A model generated the notes under the pieces. The model made no database searches. It worked only from the letters and a program-made list of their open reading frames with translations, and was not told the DNA's origin. Source: Anthoceros angustus (lineage: Eukaryota > Plantae > Anthocerotophyta). Taken from it: a DNA stretch of 64,000 nucleotides. The stretch lies in contig MU008160.1 of the NCBI GenBank assembly GCA_010909165.1, positions 1,550,001 to 1,614,000 of the forward strand. The letters run 5' to 3'. This document shows positions 29,682 to 42,729 of this stretch, in pieces. The first letter of the stretch is position 1. Each line of letters opens with the position of its first letter. Made by a program: the position numbers and the translations under genes.

Positions 29682-31808
29682 TCATGTCATCGGGACACCT
29701 ACATTCGCTTCTGCGGCAGGGAAGGGAGGACTGCGGCTCCTACTCCGACTTTTGGCGCCCTCACTGGGAGTGCGCTCCTTAGCCTGCGACGGAGAAAAGA
29801 ATGAGCAACTCTGAACATAATTTGGCATTTAAAAAGAGGTTCAAACCGAGGAGAGCTATACCGGAACAGGTGGCGACCGGGAGCGACTCGGACTTCGACT
29901 CCTTTCCTTGGGGGAGGGAGAACGCTGTGTAAATCATTATAAACAAGAATAAAAACATGGCGAAGACATTTTACCAGGTGAAGTAGAAAGTTCAAAATAA
30001 CAAAAATCCACGTGGATAGCAGTTACGTACAGAGCGCCTCGTTGGAGACTTAGACCTGGATCTACATCACCAATCGACGGACGCCACTCAGTTAGCAACT
30101 CATCATTTAATTTCTAACAGCAAGACCAAGGGTGAGCTGGCAGAGTTGCTAACCGTGGTGATGCAGAACGCGGTGACCTAGAGCGAGAGCGAGATGGAGA
30201 CCGACTGCGAGGTGATTTACTAACTGACCGGCTGAGCAAATAACAAGTTCCGAGTTAGCACCCGCTAAAACCCCCTGGAACTACAAGTTAGGACAAGGAC
30301 AGTGCAATACCTCCTGCTCCGGCTCCTGCTCCTGCTCCGAGAGGGACTCCTCTGGAGACCGTACCCTTTATCTTCTTTCACCTACAAGACACCACGAACA
30401 TTCAGCAAGCAGACCGGGCCTTAAAAACGGCCGAAGAGAAGAACCCAAAAACACAAAACCTATGCAAACAGTCAATTACCCGAATGAATGAACGAGAAAA
30501 AGGGTTCCGAAACTCTGAATCGTCCAGCTTCCGAATCTGGATCAGAAAAAACGTTATAGCACGACCATCCATTTCGAAGGTACTCAAAGTTCACAAGCAT
30601 AGGTGAGTATGCTCCAGTACCGCATATTTCATATCATCATAATTGGTGAAGTCAACAATTCCCATAGTACCTGCGCATAAGCCCAACTCAAAATTCTGAG
30701 TCATACTTCCTTTAGCATATACATTCCTTTCTACGACACAACACCCAGACAATCAAATGGTGAATAAAACTAGCTGCCAATGTCATGCGAAAGAGCTTAA
30801 TATACCGTTACCATCACGAAACACCTGGGCGAAACAAACATCTCCTGCCCGTCGCATGTGATCCTGCAGATCATAGAGTTAGAAAGGGGATCCCCTACTT
30901 GCACGAGAATGCAATGGAGCACACTGCGTAGGCCCAGCCTAGTACCTTCAAATCCTGCCATGAAGCTGACGATGGCAGCCCTGTTACAATCACTGCATGC
31001 CACCTCAACCACGTCAAATCTTGGCTGCCAAGTTCTTTTCCATTCACAACAGCAAGCAGGTAAGAACAAGTACCTCTGTATTCAGAGCGCCTGGAAACAC
31101 CACCTGCGCGGCCACCTCCACCACCACCACCACCACCACCAGCCCCACCAAAACCACCTCCTGCACCACCTCCCGAGCTGTGGCTGCTGTACCGGTCAAC
31201 AGAGGATGATGGGCCACGTCCACCATGCGCAAGTTCAACCTGGGAGACATGGCCAGAAAAGCAATCACCTAAATATTTCAGAACTCTGAAGGCAAATATC
31301 ACAAGATACTGAGCAAAGAGTACCTCAGAGTACCTCCCTCGAACAGTCCCGATACATACCCTCAATCGGCTTCCATCAAAGTTGTAACCATCCCGTCCCC
31401 TGATCGCATCCTCAGCATCACGAGCATCCTCAAACTTCACAACAACAAAGAGTAATATTCAATGTACAATGCAGTACTATCAGTTGGCAATGGTGGGAAA
31501 GTGAATGACACGGAAACTTCATAGACAAATACCTCAATGAAACAGTAGCCAGGTGGGCGGGGCGGCAACTTCAAGTCAATATCAACAATGCGTCCATACT
31601 GTTGAGATCAGGCATACAAGAAATAAATGACAGGTGTGAGGTAGCACTACAAGCGGACAGGAGTGGTAGTCGTCATTAAACACTCATCTGAACATCTCAG
31701 AAGTTCTACAGCAGACGCAACCTTGTAAAAAAGGTCCTCGATCTCCCTCTCCCGCACATCACCAGGGAGGTTGCCAACATAAATAGTGCGACTGGCCCGG
31801 CTGCTCAT
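29682..31808 (-). CDS. Serine/arginine-rich splicing factor, ASF/SF2 subfamily (SR30/SR34-like), multi-exon
   Basis: [29 protein letters not shown]|[22 protein letters not shown]|[21 protein letters not shown]; a Gly-rich linker; RRM2 with SWQDLKDHMR; an RS domain over several small exons. The last exon and stop (29682) are less certain. Confidence 0.93.
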
Positions 31809-32852
31809 GATTACAACTTACGCAGACACACCCTTCCCTGCGCACCAACCTTTGAAAAGGACACAAAGGTGAAAGAGTCAGTAAGCAGCCAGACCCACAG
31901 CACACATTATCTCTTTCTCAGACCCAGCCCACCTACTCAGACAGAAGCACCAGCAGTAGCAGCAGCAGCCCACTTGGTGTGCTGGCCAGGAGGAGACAGC
32001 ACAAAGGACAATCCCGAAAACAAACCCTGGGGCTTCTCATTCATTAGCACAGAGCTGAGCTAGGAGCGGGATTCTACGAGGCAAACCAAGAAAGACATCT
32101 TTGGTCCGTCCGATGCCCCAAAAGAAGCTCCATCGCTCCCTCCGTTGCTCCAAGAAGCTCCTCAGCTATCCACACATTAACAAAGGACATAATCCCACTG
32201 CGGCCCTCTCTTCTGCAGCACCTTACGCAATTTACGTGCGCTCCCTCCCTCGTTTCCAAACACATGCGCTCGCTCCCTCCCTCCTTTGTGCCTCACGCTC
32301 CTTTTTCCCAAAATCCACACCCTCGCTCCCTCTCCCTCCCACTCTCAACCTCTCCTCTCCCTCCCTCTCTGACTCGCTGCTAGGCTCCTGCTTGTTCCAA
32401 GCGCCACGCCTACATACATGCACATGGGGTGGATGTCAAGAGTGATGAGTGGTGGTGAACGGCTCCGACAGCCTCTTTACCTTGACTACCTCTCTCCTCT
32501 TCACACCGCCTCGATGCAGCCAGCACACGACACTATCCGGCTTCCCCCTCTGCTATCTCTGTCCCTCAGCTCTCTTCTCTGCACAACGCTGCTCAACACA
32601 GCAGATTCTCTTCTCACCCACTCTATCATCTACCTCATTTCGCAGCGGCGGCCTCCCCTGCCTTCGCCGCTCTCACACAGATCCTTCCTTCCTCCCACCA
32701 ACGGCCTAGCCCCACCAAGCCCTGCCCGCGACGACCTCGTCGGCTGCAGCAGCAAGACAGCGCAAGCGTCCCCTCTTGGCGCTGCCAGAACGGTAACTTC
32801 GCCTCGAAGTAAACTCTCCCTGAAGTTCTGAACGCCTTCTTACGCATCGCCC

Positions 32853-32884
32853 AAACCCTAACCTCGCACGCCCAAAAACCCTAA
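32853..32884. promoter_or_regulatory. Two telo-box motifs (AAACCCTAA) near the likely transcription start/5' UTR of the SR gene
   Basis: AAACCCTAA at 32853-32861 and 32876-32884. Telo-boxes are established plant 5' elements of translation and RNA-processing genes. Confidence 0.55.
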
Positions 32885-33352
32885 CTCTGGTTGACAACTC
32901 CTCCATTCGCATAGCACCTACTCTCCAGTGACACACAACAAGCGGCCTTCGCCCTTGCACCGAGTGCTGCACTCTCAACGCTGGGGGAATGGCAGAGAAA
33001 TCTGAAAACTCGAGAGAAGACGACCCACGGCCAATGCGGTGTATGTAGCACTCGCCAAAAAAGGATCTGGTGTATGTATCTAAAAATGATATAGGTTTAC
33101 AAGGTCTTTCCTTCTGTTCATCACAGCACAGAACCAGCCTGCGTAAAGCAAGTCCTTCAAAGCTCTTTTCACCAATACTACCACAACAGTGCCAGACACA
33201 AATCAACAGCATATCAAAACACTGTAACCTGCATGCCAAAATCCTTTGCATGAGTAAAGAAAGATGGCTGCTGTATATCTATGGATGCAGCCGAGATGTT
33301 GGAAAGATCAAGAAAGCACGCAATCTGTGTCCCCTTCTGTCTGTAGCTCTGG

Positions 33353-34843
33353 CTAGTCCCTATTCAGCCTGTAGCTTCGACCACTGAAGGCACTTGATGT
33401 GGTTGGAGGAGGGACAGGGGACATTTGCTGCGGCCCAGCTTCGGCCCATCTGGCCACGAGCTTGTGTCTGCAATGCAGTCAAGGAGTTGTGCAGACATGT
33501 GATACAATACGATAGAAAAGATGATGCAGGCAGGAAATGAGAAAGGTGTTAAAGGGATACACCCAGAGTGGAGTCTTCAGCAGATGCCTTCCTGACTGGC
33601 GGGGGTACAGGGTGTTCAAGAAGTAGTATGCGTGTCCCACAAAGATGCCCAGCAAGTCTGGGATAATGTGACCTCCAAAAATGGTGTTCGCTACCAGAAA
33701 CGCCCATGGCAAGTAGAAGCCCTGTGGGGGATTACATCAGCAATTTAGAACAACGTCTGTCAAGATAGCCTCAACATTTTAGACCAAACTTGTGAACAAA
33801 AGTATTAGCCGCTGAGAGCAAGCTCGTCAACAGTGGCAGGCCGACCAGGGTACGAGTTTGCATCATATGGCAGCGCTGACCTGCAACTGCACAAGTCCGA
33901 AGAAGTTCACTTGGGTGGTCGGGAACTCTCTACTCCACAAGTATATCATTTCGAACACGATGATGCCGCCCATGGAAATAAATAAAAGTTTTGATCCTAC
34001 CAGGAACGAGATAAGCTGCAAGATCTGCATGATGGAACTGCTTAGCTCCCATGTGTCTTTACACGAACAAAAATGGACACCAAATCGCTCAATAGTGCTG
34101 TTGAACTCTGATGGAAACAAATCAACTTACCAGAAGAGCTCCGACGGATGATAGAATCATCCAAATAAAGTCTGCTGTACGCTTTGCATACGGGCCTCGT
34201 TCCAGCTGCACACCATACCTAGCTCTGGAGCAGGAGACGGCATCAGATAATAACTCAGCATCTATCTAGTGCCATACAGGGATCAGGCATGCTCACGGCA
34301 CAAGCTCTGAAACCGAACACAAAATCACATACAGTGAGACGTAATTTAAATCCTTGCTATTGTGCTGTGCAATGATCCAACAAGAAGAGCACCGTGTAGA
34401 TGGCTACAACAAGACATACTTACATCATGAGAATATGCCAGCCAAAAGAGACGGAGAAGGGGCCCAACCAGAAGAAATTGGTCACCAACCTCCACAGCTG
34501 TTTACACACCAAGATTACCAACTCAAAATCCACTTTGCCGAGCACAATGAACACCACCATCAGAAACCCTGACAGACGCACCTGAAACTTGTACAAGACA
34601 GAGGGCCAGACAAGGAACAATTGTTCGGGGTTCACCAATCCTAAGTGATATCCTACAGTTGTGAGCACACATATCGTCCCAAAAGCCCTGCACACTGGAG
34701 GAAGGGACTTGTAGAAACTGCAACACAACTCGCAGTCAGATATACCCCATCGTGGAACCAAATTTGTTACACCGTTCAACTGCAAGCACACAAACACCCT
34801 CCAGGTGCCTAGAACGAGCAACGTACTCAGCTGGCGACGACAT
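33353..34843 (-). CDS. DER1: Derlin-1 (ERAD rhomboid pseudoprotease), multi-exon
   Basis: MSSPAE|FYKSLPPVCRAFGT...LWRLVTNFF...ARYGVQLERGP...WSREFP...GFYLPWA...PDLLGIFVGHAYYFL...LLKTP...AFSGRSYRLNRD* (WR motif, GxxxGH motif, C-terminal SHP-like box). Confidence 0.94.
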
Positions 34844-35202
34844 TGCGAACACCCTCCCCAATCCGCCTGTCACAAACGACCAGCCTGTGTTCCCAGCTCA
34901 ACCCTATATATGTGGACTCTTAGAAGTCATACATAGATGCAGGATCCGGGAACTATCGACATATGAATATTATTGTATCAACCCATCTCGGGATATCGGG
35001 TCTCTAGGGCGGCATTGTGTAATAAGCGTCATCTCGGACGGAGTGCTTTAGTGCGCAGGACGCAGGACGCAGGACGCTTCCTTGAAGAATATTTGAGATT
35101 CCCTGACCGAAAACCGAAGTGGGTCGTGAGAGCGAAGCACACCATAGCAAAGAAGAGCAGGAATTTGCTTGAGCCCGGGAGAAGCCGCACAGGTCTGGCA
35201 AG

Positions 35203-36693
35203 ATGGTGCTCGCCGAGCTTGGTGGGCGGATTGCCCGGGCCCTGCAGCAGATGAGCAACGCTACTGTGATAGACGAGAAGGTGCTGGCAGATTGCTTGAA
35301 TGGGATCACCAGGGCGTTGATGCAGGCGGATGTGCAGTTCCAGATGGTGAGAACCATGCAGAACAACATCAAGAAGATAGTGAATTTGGAGGATCTGGCT
35401 GCAGGGCACAACAAGAGGCGGATCATCCAGCAGGCTGTGTTCAACGAGCTGTGCTCGATGCTGGATCCAGGGAAGCCTGCTTTTACGCCGAAGAAAGGAA
35501 AGCTGAACATCATCATGTTCGTAGGGCTGCAGGGGGCGGGGAAGACCACCACCTGCACCAAGTATGCGTATTACTATCAGAAGAAAGGGTGGAAGCCGGC
35601 CTTGGTGTGTGCTGATACATTCAGGGCTGGAGCATTCGACCAGCTGAAGCAGAACGCGACCAAGGCGAAGATCCCGTTTTTTGGCAGCTACACGGAGACT
35701 GACCCTGTCAAAATTTCGCAGGAAGGCGTGGAGAGGTTTAAGAAGGAGAACTGTGATCTGATTATTGTGGATACCAGTGGACGGCACAAGCAGGAGGCTG
35801 CCTTGTTTGAGGAGATGAGGCAAGTTTCTGAGGCTGTGTCACCGGACTTGGTCATTTTCACCATGGATAGCAGTATAGGACAGGCTGCATTTGATCAAGC
35901 ACAAGCTTTCAAGCAGAGTGTTGCAGTTGGGGCTGTGATTGTGACGAAGATGGATGGGCATGCCAAGGGAGGTGGTGCTCTCAGTGCTGTTGCAGCAACT
36001 AAAAGCCCCATCATCTTCCTTGGTACCGGAGAGCATATGGATGAGTTCGAGCCGTTTGAGCCGAAGCCTTTTGTGCAGAGATTGCTTGGCATGGGAGACT
36101 GGTCTGGGTTCATGGACAAGATTCATGAAGTGGTGCCCATGGAGCAGCAGCCAGAGCTGTTGCAGAAGCTGACGGAGGGAACTTTCACGTTACGGATAAT
36201 GTATGAGCAGTTTCAGAACATTCTGAACATGGGCCCTCTGAGCACGGTGATGGCCATGATTCCAGGGTTCAGTGCTGAGCTTATGCCAAAGGGCCGGGAG
36301 AAGGAGAGTCAGAGTAAGATTCAGAAGTACATGACTATGATGGACTCCATGACAAATGCAGAGCTGGATAGCACGAATCCGAAAATTATGACAGAGGGCT
36401 CACGGATGATGAGAGTGGCACGAGGCTCTGGACGCACTCTGAAGGAGGTGCATGATCTGCTGGAGGAGTTTCTGAGGCTGGCAAAGATCTGGAGTAAGAT
36501 GAAAGGTCTCAAAATACCCAAAAAGGGAGATATGAGCTCCATGGCCAGGAACATGAATGCCCAACACATGAGCCGAGTGCTTCCACCCCAAATGCTGCAG
36601 CAAATAGGTGGTGTCGGAGGCTTGCAGAGTTTGATGAAGAACATCGGGAACAAAGATTTTGGAGGCATGTTCGGCGGGGGTAAGGAGAAGTAG
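35203..36693 (+). CDS. SRP54: Cytosolic signal recognition particle 54 kDa subunit, single exon, 496 aa
   Basis: Uninterrupted ORF: [10 protein letters not shown]..., GLQGAGKTT (G1), DTFRAGA, DTSGRH (G3), [11 protein letters not shown] (G4), Met-rich M domain. Confidence 0.98.
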   Translation: MVLAELGGRIARALQQMSNATVIDEKVLADCLNGITRALMQADVQFQMVRTMQNNIKKIVNLEDLAAGHNKRRIIQQAVFNELCSMLDPGKPAFTPKKGKLNIIMFVGLQGAGKTTTCTKYAYYYQKKGWKPALVCADTFRAGAFDQLKQNATKAKIPFFGSYTETDPVKISQEGVERFKKENCDLIIVDTSGRHKQEAALFEEMRQVSEAVSPDLVIFTMDSSIGQAAFDQAQAFKQSVAVGAVIVTKMDGHAKGGGALSAVAATKSPIIFLGTGEHMDEFEPFEPKPFVQRLLGMGDWSGFMDKIHEVVPMEQQPELLQKLTEGTFTLRIMYEQFQNILNMGPLSTVMAMIPGFSAELMPKGREKESQSKIQKYMTMMDSMTNAELDSTNPKIMTEGSRMMRVARGSGRTLKEVHDLLEEFLRLAKIWSKMKGLKIPKKGDMSSMARNMNAQHMSRVLPPQMLQQIGGVGGLQSLMKNIGNKDFGGMFGGGKEK

Positions 36694-37738
36694 GACACAT
36701 TCAGGCCTCCCGACATTTTTTAGTGCCAGTTCTTGCCGATCAGATGCAAGGCCCAGGGCTAAGCAGGTGCAGCTGGTCAGTGTAGACTTCATGCAGCATA
36801 CGACAAGCCTAACGCGAAAGGTGGGACAGGACGTGGGCTTCTGTGCTCGCTTCATCAGTTGTCTGGGATCCTCGACAGTCAATGCTCACCATGTGTGTCA
36901 CGACAGGTACCAGAGATTCAGATGGTGCAAACAGCATCGATGGGCAATTGGACGGCATAACTTGTAAGACAGCTGCTGGGTCAGAGCATAGAAGGCGGCT
37001 GACACCAATGTACTCACTGAGACACTTGATTTTGTTACGGTCCTCTTAAAATGTGTATACAAGTGATGCCATGTGCAACAACGCACCCCCTCCCAGACAA
37101 CTTTGTCTTCAACACGGGAGCCCACAGACGAAGGATAGCACGTTGCAGGCTCCTGGCTCCTGCCCTTGAACTTTACATCTGCCGTGTGATGGGTTCCTTG
37201 AAACAAGGTGGAAGCATGCAGATTGGCTTGCAAGGTTTGTGCAGCATCTCATCTTTTTCTGGTTGTTCTTGCTAGAAGTCCAGTAGGACCGGCGAAGAAT
37301 TCTGTGTAAGTCTCGAATTGCATTTCCCAGTACTCTATAGAGGTGACATAGTGCTTGCTCTGTAAATGGGTAGTAAGAGTATATGCCATCCATTCTCTCA
37401 CTATCGATCTATGGTGTTTGTCTGTCGTTCGTACATACATACATCGCCGTGTCTCAAAAGTTGAATTTGAAAAGGGCCGTTGTTCGAAAACTGTTTTTGG
37501 ATTGATGGATGTAAATTACGCGACAATGGATTGTGAGGTCTGGGTTAAACGTCCAAGATACGGACATTTCGGCACGCATCCCTCCACGTAGCCCCCATTT
37601 CTGGGATAGTCCAGGTGCGAAGGGACGAACAAGCACGGCTGGGGCGGGTCCAGGACGGAATCCACCGCGAATGGCAGCTCGGACGTGAAGGACATCATCA
37701 CACATGCATCTGTGGTAGCTTCGATCGGGCCGTCTTCG

Positions 37739-39391
37739 ATGAACGCCGCTGTCTCAATTAGGGTAGGGGAAGCGCAGCTGCTCGGGGCTGGAGACAGGCC
37801 CTGGAGAACGTCGTGGCTGTGGGATGGAAAGGAGACGGGTAGGGTAGAAGGCTGTGTGTCGCCGTACGGGTGTTGGGCAAGCACTGGGTCGGCAATGGGC
37901 AGGCCGGAGGATGTGGTGAGGCAAGCGAGGCGGTGGCCTGCAAGGGTGGAGAGCTGGTACAGTGGCAGGGTGGAAGGATTTGGGAGACAGATGGGTAGAG
38001 CCAGGGCGGGGTCTGTGGTTAACGAAGGACCTTCTTGTATATTTGTGGGGCCCTTGGAGTCTGCTGAGCCGTCTCGGTTGGAAGCTTTGTATGAGCAGGT
38101 ATGAGTTGGAGGTGTTGGGGTGATGGAATCAGGTCCCAAGGTTGTGCTGGATGCCTTTCCTGGAGGGTTGAGAGGCACGTGTTTGGTGATGGTTGCAGGC
38201 CAGGGATTCATACTACAGTGGCCGGCCCTTGATCCTGGATGACATGTTTGACAGAGTGGAGGTATGTTTCGTTTGTATGACTCATTTTCTAGCTTGGTGG
38301 GTATTATCACTCAGCTGCTAAGAAGTTGTTTTTCCTTGCAGAAGAAGCTTCGTTGGCATGGCTCCAAGATGGTGTTGAAGTACCCGCGGTGCAGCCTCCG
38401 GGCCTACTCTGCTTATGCTGACGCCGAGGTAAAAGCTAATAGAGTGTTCAAAAGAAGGGCTTCATCCTGTACCTGCTGCTGCCTTCGGTGCTGCATTGGT
38501 TTTGTACTGAGAGGAATTTGTGATGTGGGGTTGGAGGGATGGGCAACAGTTTGATCCTTCTCAAATGTGGACGCTGGTTAGTATCTGGGGTGTGTTGCTC
38601 GCAAGTGGTGTGGCTCTGGCATTCCTCCCACCTGCGTGCATGTTGAACAAGGCCTGCCAAGCCGCAGTCGTCCCACATTTCATGACTCACGGCATGAGCA
38701 TGGCGGTCGACGGAGCCAAGACCGGGAACTTGCTCTTTGCCATCTCCTTCGGCCTCATGGCTGGCATTCCAGTCTCTGTTGCAGCAGGTATGTCGCACAG
38801 TGTTTCATCTTTTTGGCAGTGTGACTAGATGCCTGAAAACTTTCATCTTCCGTTACTGTCCGGTAACTTCATCTTTCGTTACTTTCTGATATCTGCATCT
38901 TTTGTAATTGTCTGATTTGCTACCCGCAGTTAAAGCACTGCAAGGTCTTTGGCGTGGGGAGCTGCTGGCTTTGAAGGGTTGCTGCCCTAGCTGTGGAGAA
39001 GAGGTGACTTACGTACTTCATAATCTTCCCCGCTTGATCCGCTAATCCTCACCTGCTCGTACGCTGAATTTCTGAATTGTGGTGATGGTGCTTGCCGGTA
39101 GGTGTACGCCTTCATCCAATCCAAGGAGGCACAACCCCGACACAAAACAGAGTGCCATGTCTGCGAGCATCCTCTGGTCTTTCATGTCAACGTAGAGGTA
39201 ACTTTTATACTCTTAGTGAAATTATCAGTTTAGAGGAGCTTAGTGATCTAGCAGTTTGCTGAGCACTTTGTTTCATGCGTGGCTTGCAGCGCGTGGATTC
39301 ACACCCTGGACAACCCTGGGCTTATGGACGTATATATTTGGTTACCAGATCAAAAGATCTTGTCCCTCACGAATCTTCCGACATTCTGTGA
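37739..39391 (+). CDS. PGRL2: PGRL1-related thylakoid protein, PGRL2-like, multi-exon
   Basis: Spliced: GPSCIFVGPLESAEPSRLEALYEQ|ARDSYYSGRPLILDDMFDRVE|KKLRWHGSKMVLKYPRCSLRAYSAYADAE|FDPSQ...TM region...|LWRGELLALKGCCPSCGEE|VYAF...ECHVCEHPL...|WAYGRIYLV. This follows the PGRL2-type rather than PGRL1A/B sequence as I recall it. The start codon is uncertain. Confidence 0.8.
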
Positions 39392-39981
39392 CATTATATG
39401 GTTGTATTGCCACTGCCACACGTTGCACAGTGTCAAACATTGTAAACTATTGTTATCTTTGTATTGCACCCCACCTATTGTACAATCCTTCGTGTGCGCA
39501 GCAGCAGCCATTTTGTCATCACATGGATGGTTGGAGCAGGTTGGGGGACAGTTCATTCCTGCTGTCACCATGTTTCCATCATGGATGGCATACAGAGTGG
39601 GACAGCAGACAAACTGCCACCCAGCGTTGTCACCGGTCGGAAGTTGGCTTTTCTCACCGCGATCTGCGCAGTGGTCTCCATTCCCTGGTCTGCTTTCTCG
39701 CCCTGCCCTGTCCGCTGCGGCACAACGGACAAGGGCCCCTTCAACTTTCCCTCTATGCTTCCACCACCCGCCTTCCGACTCCTCCCGTCATCAGCTCTTC
39801 CACCGGAGACACTCCGTTCCAGAGAGCGCAATAACATCCTCAGGCGGCGGTCGCTGGTGGCCCTGTGCTCTCGCTGGGGTAGGATTCGACCGGCAGCCGA
39901 TTTCTCTTTCCCCAGTTCCATGCCTCCGAGCTTGGCACATCCCTGTACAGATCGAGCCCGCAAGATCGAGACCGCCCACAA

Positions 39982-41961
39982 TCAAGAGTGATTCCCCCAG
40001 CCAGCAAGCTCGGACGCCTCAAGCCAAAACCAGTGCTTCTCCAAGGACCCCGCATACCCGCAGACCGTCGGGCAGCCGGCAACATCCAACACAGGCTCGG
40101 GCTCCGTCCTCAGGCAATCGGGCCGCATGATCTGCCGGTGCTTGAACGGACTGCGCACCGCCCCGTACCTGCACATGTGCTCGGGGGAGGGCGCCCGGAT
40201 CTGTGATACATCGTCGATCATCTGCTGGTACTTCACCAAAAGCACCGCGTAGGACATCATTCGGCCTTCCGGGCTGCACACCCACCCGAGCTCCTTGTGC
40301 GCGTTCTCCACAACCTGCTCCATCTCGGCATCGTGATCCCGCATGAAAGCCACTGTCTCGGCAAGGTCCCGAAACCTGCAGAAAATGCACAAGAAGCATC
40401 AGCAGGCCAGTCCCCCACAGCGCACAAAACTAGACTTGGGTGACACACATGGCTGGCTAGCACTCTGAGATGTCTCTGTGGCACATGGCTGGCAGCACTC
40501 TCTGGTGCCTCTAATGCACATGGCTAGCAGCATTCTCAGATGTCTCTATTCCACACGGCTAGCAGCACTCTCTGATGTCTCTATTGCAGAAGGCTAGCAG
40601 CACTCTCCGACGTTTCTATTGCACAGATCTCTAAAGCCTCTATTGCACATGGGAAGCAGCACTCTCCGATCTCTCCATAGTCCCAGTCTTGAGGAACGTG
40701 GTACAAGCACTTACTGGTGATCCACTTCCATGAAATGGTGGCCCGGCTTGAGCAAGGGATCATAGAACTGGTAGAAGGGCGAGCTCTGGCGCACCACAAC
40801 CCGGTTGGTCATCAGCACACCGCAGAGCCTCGTAGTTCCGAGCCCACCATCAGCCAGAATCTCATACTTGTACGCATTCTTGGCAGTGAAGTTCATCCGG
40901 GACCCCAAGCTGAGCCCGTCCTTCTTCATCCCCCAGCTCTGCCCCTTCGCGAGATGGCTCCACCGGGACACCCTGGCCTCGAGCAGGTCAGGGTAAGAAT
41001 CCGTCATGGCGTGCAGCCGGAGCCTTCCACTGCTGCCCCAGTTGTACCCGTGCATGTTGTAGTTGGTAGTAGCCCCCCGGAACACAGCCTTAGCCTGCTT
41101 CTCTCGCCACGGCACCTGCCTCGCCAGCTCCTCCTTCGAGGGCATGTAATCCTCCCCCCAATCCAGAAAATCAGGAGCCAACACATCCACAAACCCCTCA
41201 ACCACATGGTTACTCCACACCAAATAGTTCGCCCTGTCCATCGGAAAGCTCGAAGACGGGGCCAGAGGATGATCACAAGTATTAAACAACAGCTCCACCT
41301 TCAAATCCTGCAACCCGTAAACGTCCACCGTCTTCTGCAAGAAGGTCACCAAATCATTCGCCCTATTCAGCCGATACCCAGTATCCAGAAAATGCCCATA
41401 CCGAAAATACACCTTCCCGCCCACAACCCTGACGTGCACACAGCACTGCATCAAACTGGTCACCACAGCAGCCATCCGCAGCATCTCGATCCTCCCCTGC
41501 TTCTGGCTCCCGAACCCCTCACTCACCCCGGGGTAAGGCTGGAAAGGCTCCGTATACTTCTTCACCAACTTCACCACCTGTACCACCTTCGGATCGGACA
41601 CATTGAATAACGGGCTGGCAGCCCGCAAATCCGCCACATCCCTCTCCTCCACAGCCACGGAATCGAACCTCTCCCACAACACCGTCCCATAGGTGAGCCG
41701 CCTCTGAAACTCCCTGGAAGCTTCCGGAAATTCCGTCCTCCCCCTCAACCCCCCATCGCTGTCCATCAGCAGCGACTCCTGCAGGAGACATACCCTCGCA
41801 AACAGCACAAACACCATCCCGGCAGCGACTGTGGAATAACACACAGATCTCAGCTTGTTCCTCCCAGCAGCTGCAGCAGCAGCCGCGGCCTTCCCGTGCC
41901 CCGGCCCCGGGCCCGGCCATCCCCTGGTCTCCTCCTTGCTGCTCTCAGCGATGGGAACCAT
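39982..41961 (-). CDS. Glycosyltransferase family 90 (CAP10/KDELC/POGLUT-like) type II membrane protein, two exons
   Basis: Exon 1 41961-40715, intron 40714-40376, exon 2 40375-39982. N-terminal TM (VAAGMVFVLFARVCLL); WREKQAKAVFRGATTN, YKYEILADG, SPFYQFYDPLLKPGHHFMEV. Confidence 0.88.
40445..40680. repeat. Degenerate 35-bp minisatellite (about 7 units) filling the GT90 intron
   Basis: Consensus cacatggctagcagcactctctgatgtctctattg, repeated with drift. Confidence 0.8.
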
Positions 41962-42589
41962 CTCCACACAAATTCCTCGCCCCCTTGCAAGTCTCATATT
42001 TTCCCCCGCCGATTCCTTCCCGATTTGCCTGGCTCACAATTGCCCACAATCTCGGCCTCCCGCTATATATAGGCCTCCATCGCCATGACTTTCAGCCATC
42101 GCCACATGTCGCCTGCAACAGTCTGAGATTGAAAGCTCGTGCGCGTCGGCAAAAGCTGCGGCTCGCAGGCTTCGCCAATGCGCGCTGCCCGCATTGCCTC
42201 GCCCAACAAGATCTGCAGAGCAGAAATAGACGGCACATGTCAGTATGGTGACGGAAGAGGACGTGAAATAAACGGCGGCTACTGGCAAGAAGAACGTGGA
42301 AGAACGTCGTGAATGGAATTACGCCCACGCCCCACGACCTGCACATTGCGCCTCTCCCTTGTCCAGGAGCTGTTCGGGTCGGGCCCACCTTTGTCAGATA
42401 AGAAAAACTACATCGCCCAGAAAACGTCCTGGTGGGCCTTGCTGGAACCTTTTAATATTTCTGCAACATCACTAATTAATTCGCACCCACAACATTCATT
42501 GCTCGTGACTTCACTTGTGCGAGACTATGGCATTCCGTTTGGGACATTGAGTTTATATATACATATCATATATATATATATAGTACTTT

Positions 42590-42629
42590 GGACATTGAGT
42601 TTATATATATATATATAAACTCAATGTCC
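42590..42629. repeat. Perfect 40-bp palindrome with a (TA)n core; an extra direct copy of the left arm lies at 42542
   Basis: GGACATTGAGTTTATATATATATATATAAACTCAATGTCC equals its own reverse complement. Confidence 0.9.
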
Positions 42630-42729
42630 TGTATGCTGTTCCTTCCACCGACTTTAAACTCCAGGTGGCTAACAAAGCCAGCTGGCGTGCCAGCTTGGCA
42701 GGGTAATATGGAGGAGAAGGGTTGTAGAG

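Noticed and set aside
32853-32884. AAACCCTAA motifs as an interstitial telomere
   Set aside because: Only two isolated copies in a promoter/5' UTR context; better explained as telo-boxes.
35004-35823. Long minus-strand ORFs (264 aa, 185 aa) overlapping SRP54
   Set aside because: Antisense shadows of a conserved GC-rich CDS with no recognisable motifs.
37516-38310. 264-aa minus-strand Pro/Thr/Ser-rich ORF
   Set aside because: Antisense to the PGRL2-like exons; no independent support.
40717-41610. 297-aa plus-strand ORF
   Set aside because: Antisense shadow of GT90 exon 1; its His/Pro/Gln bias reflects the complementary codons.
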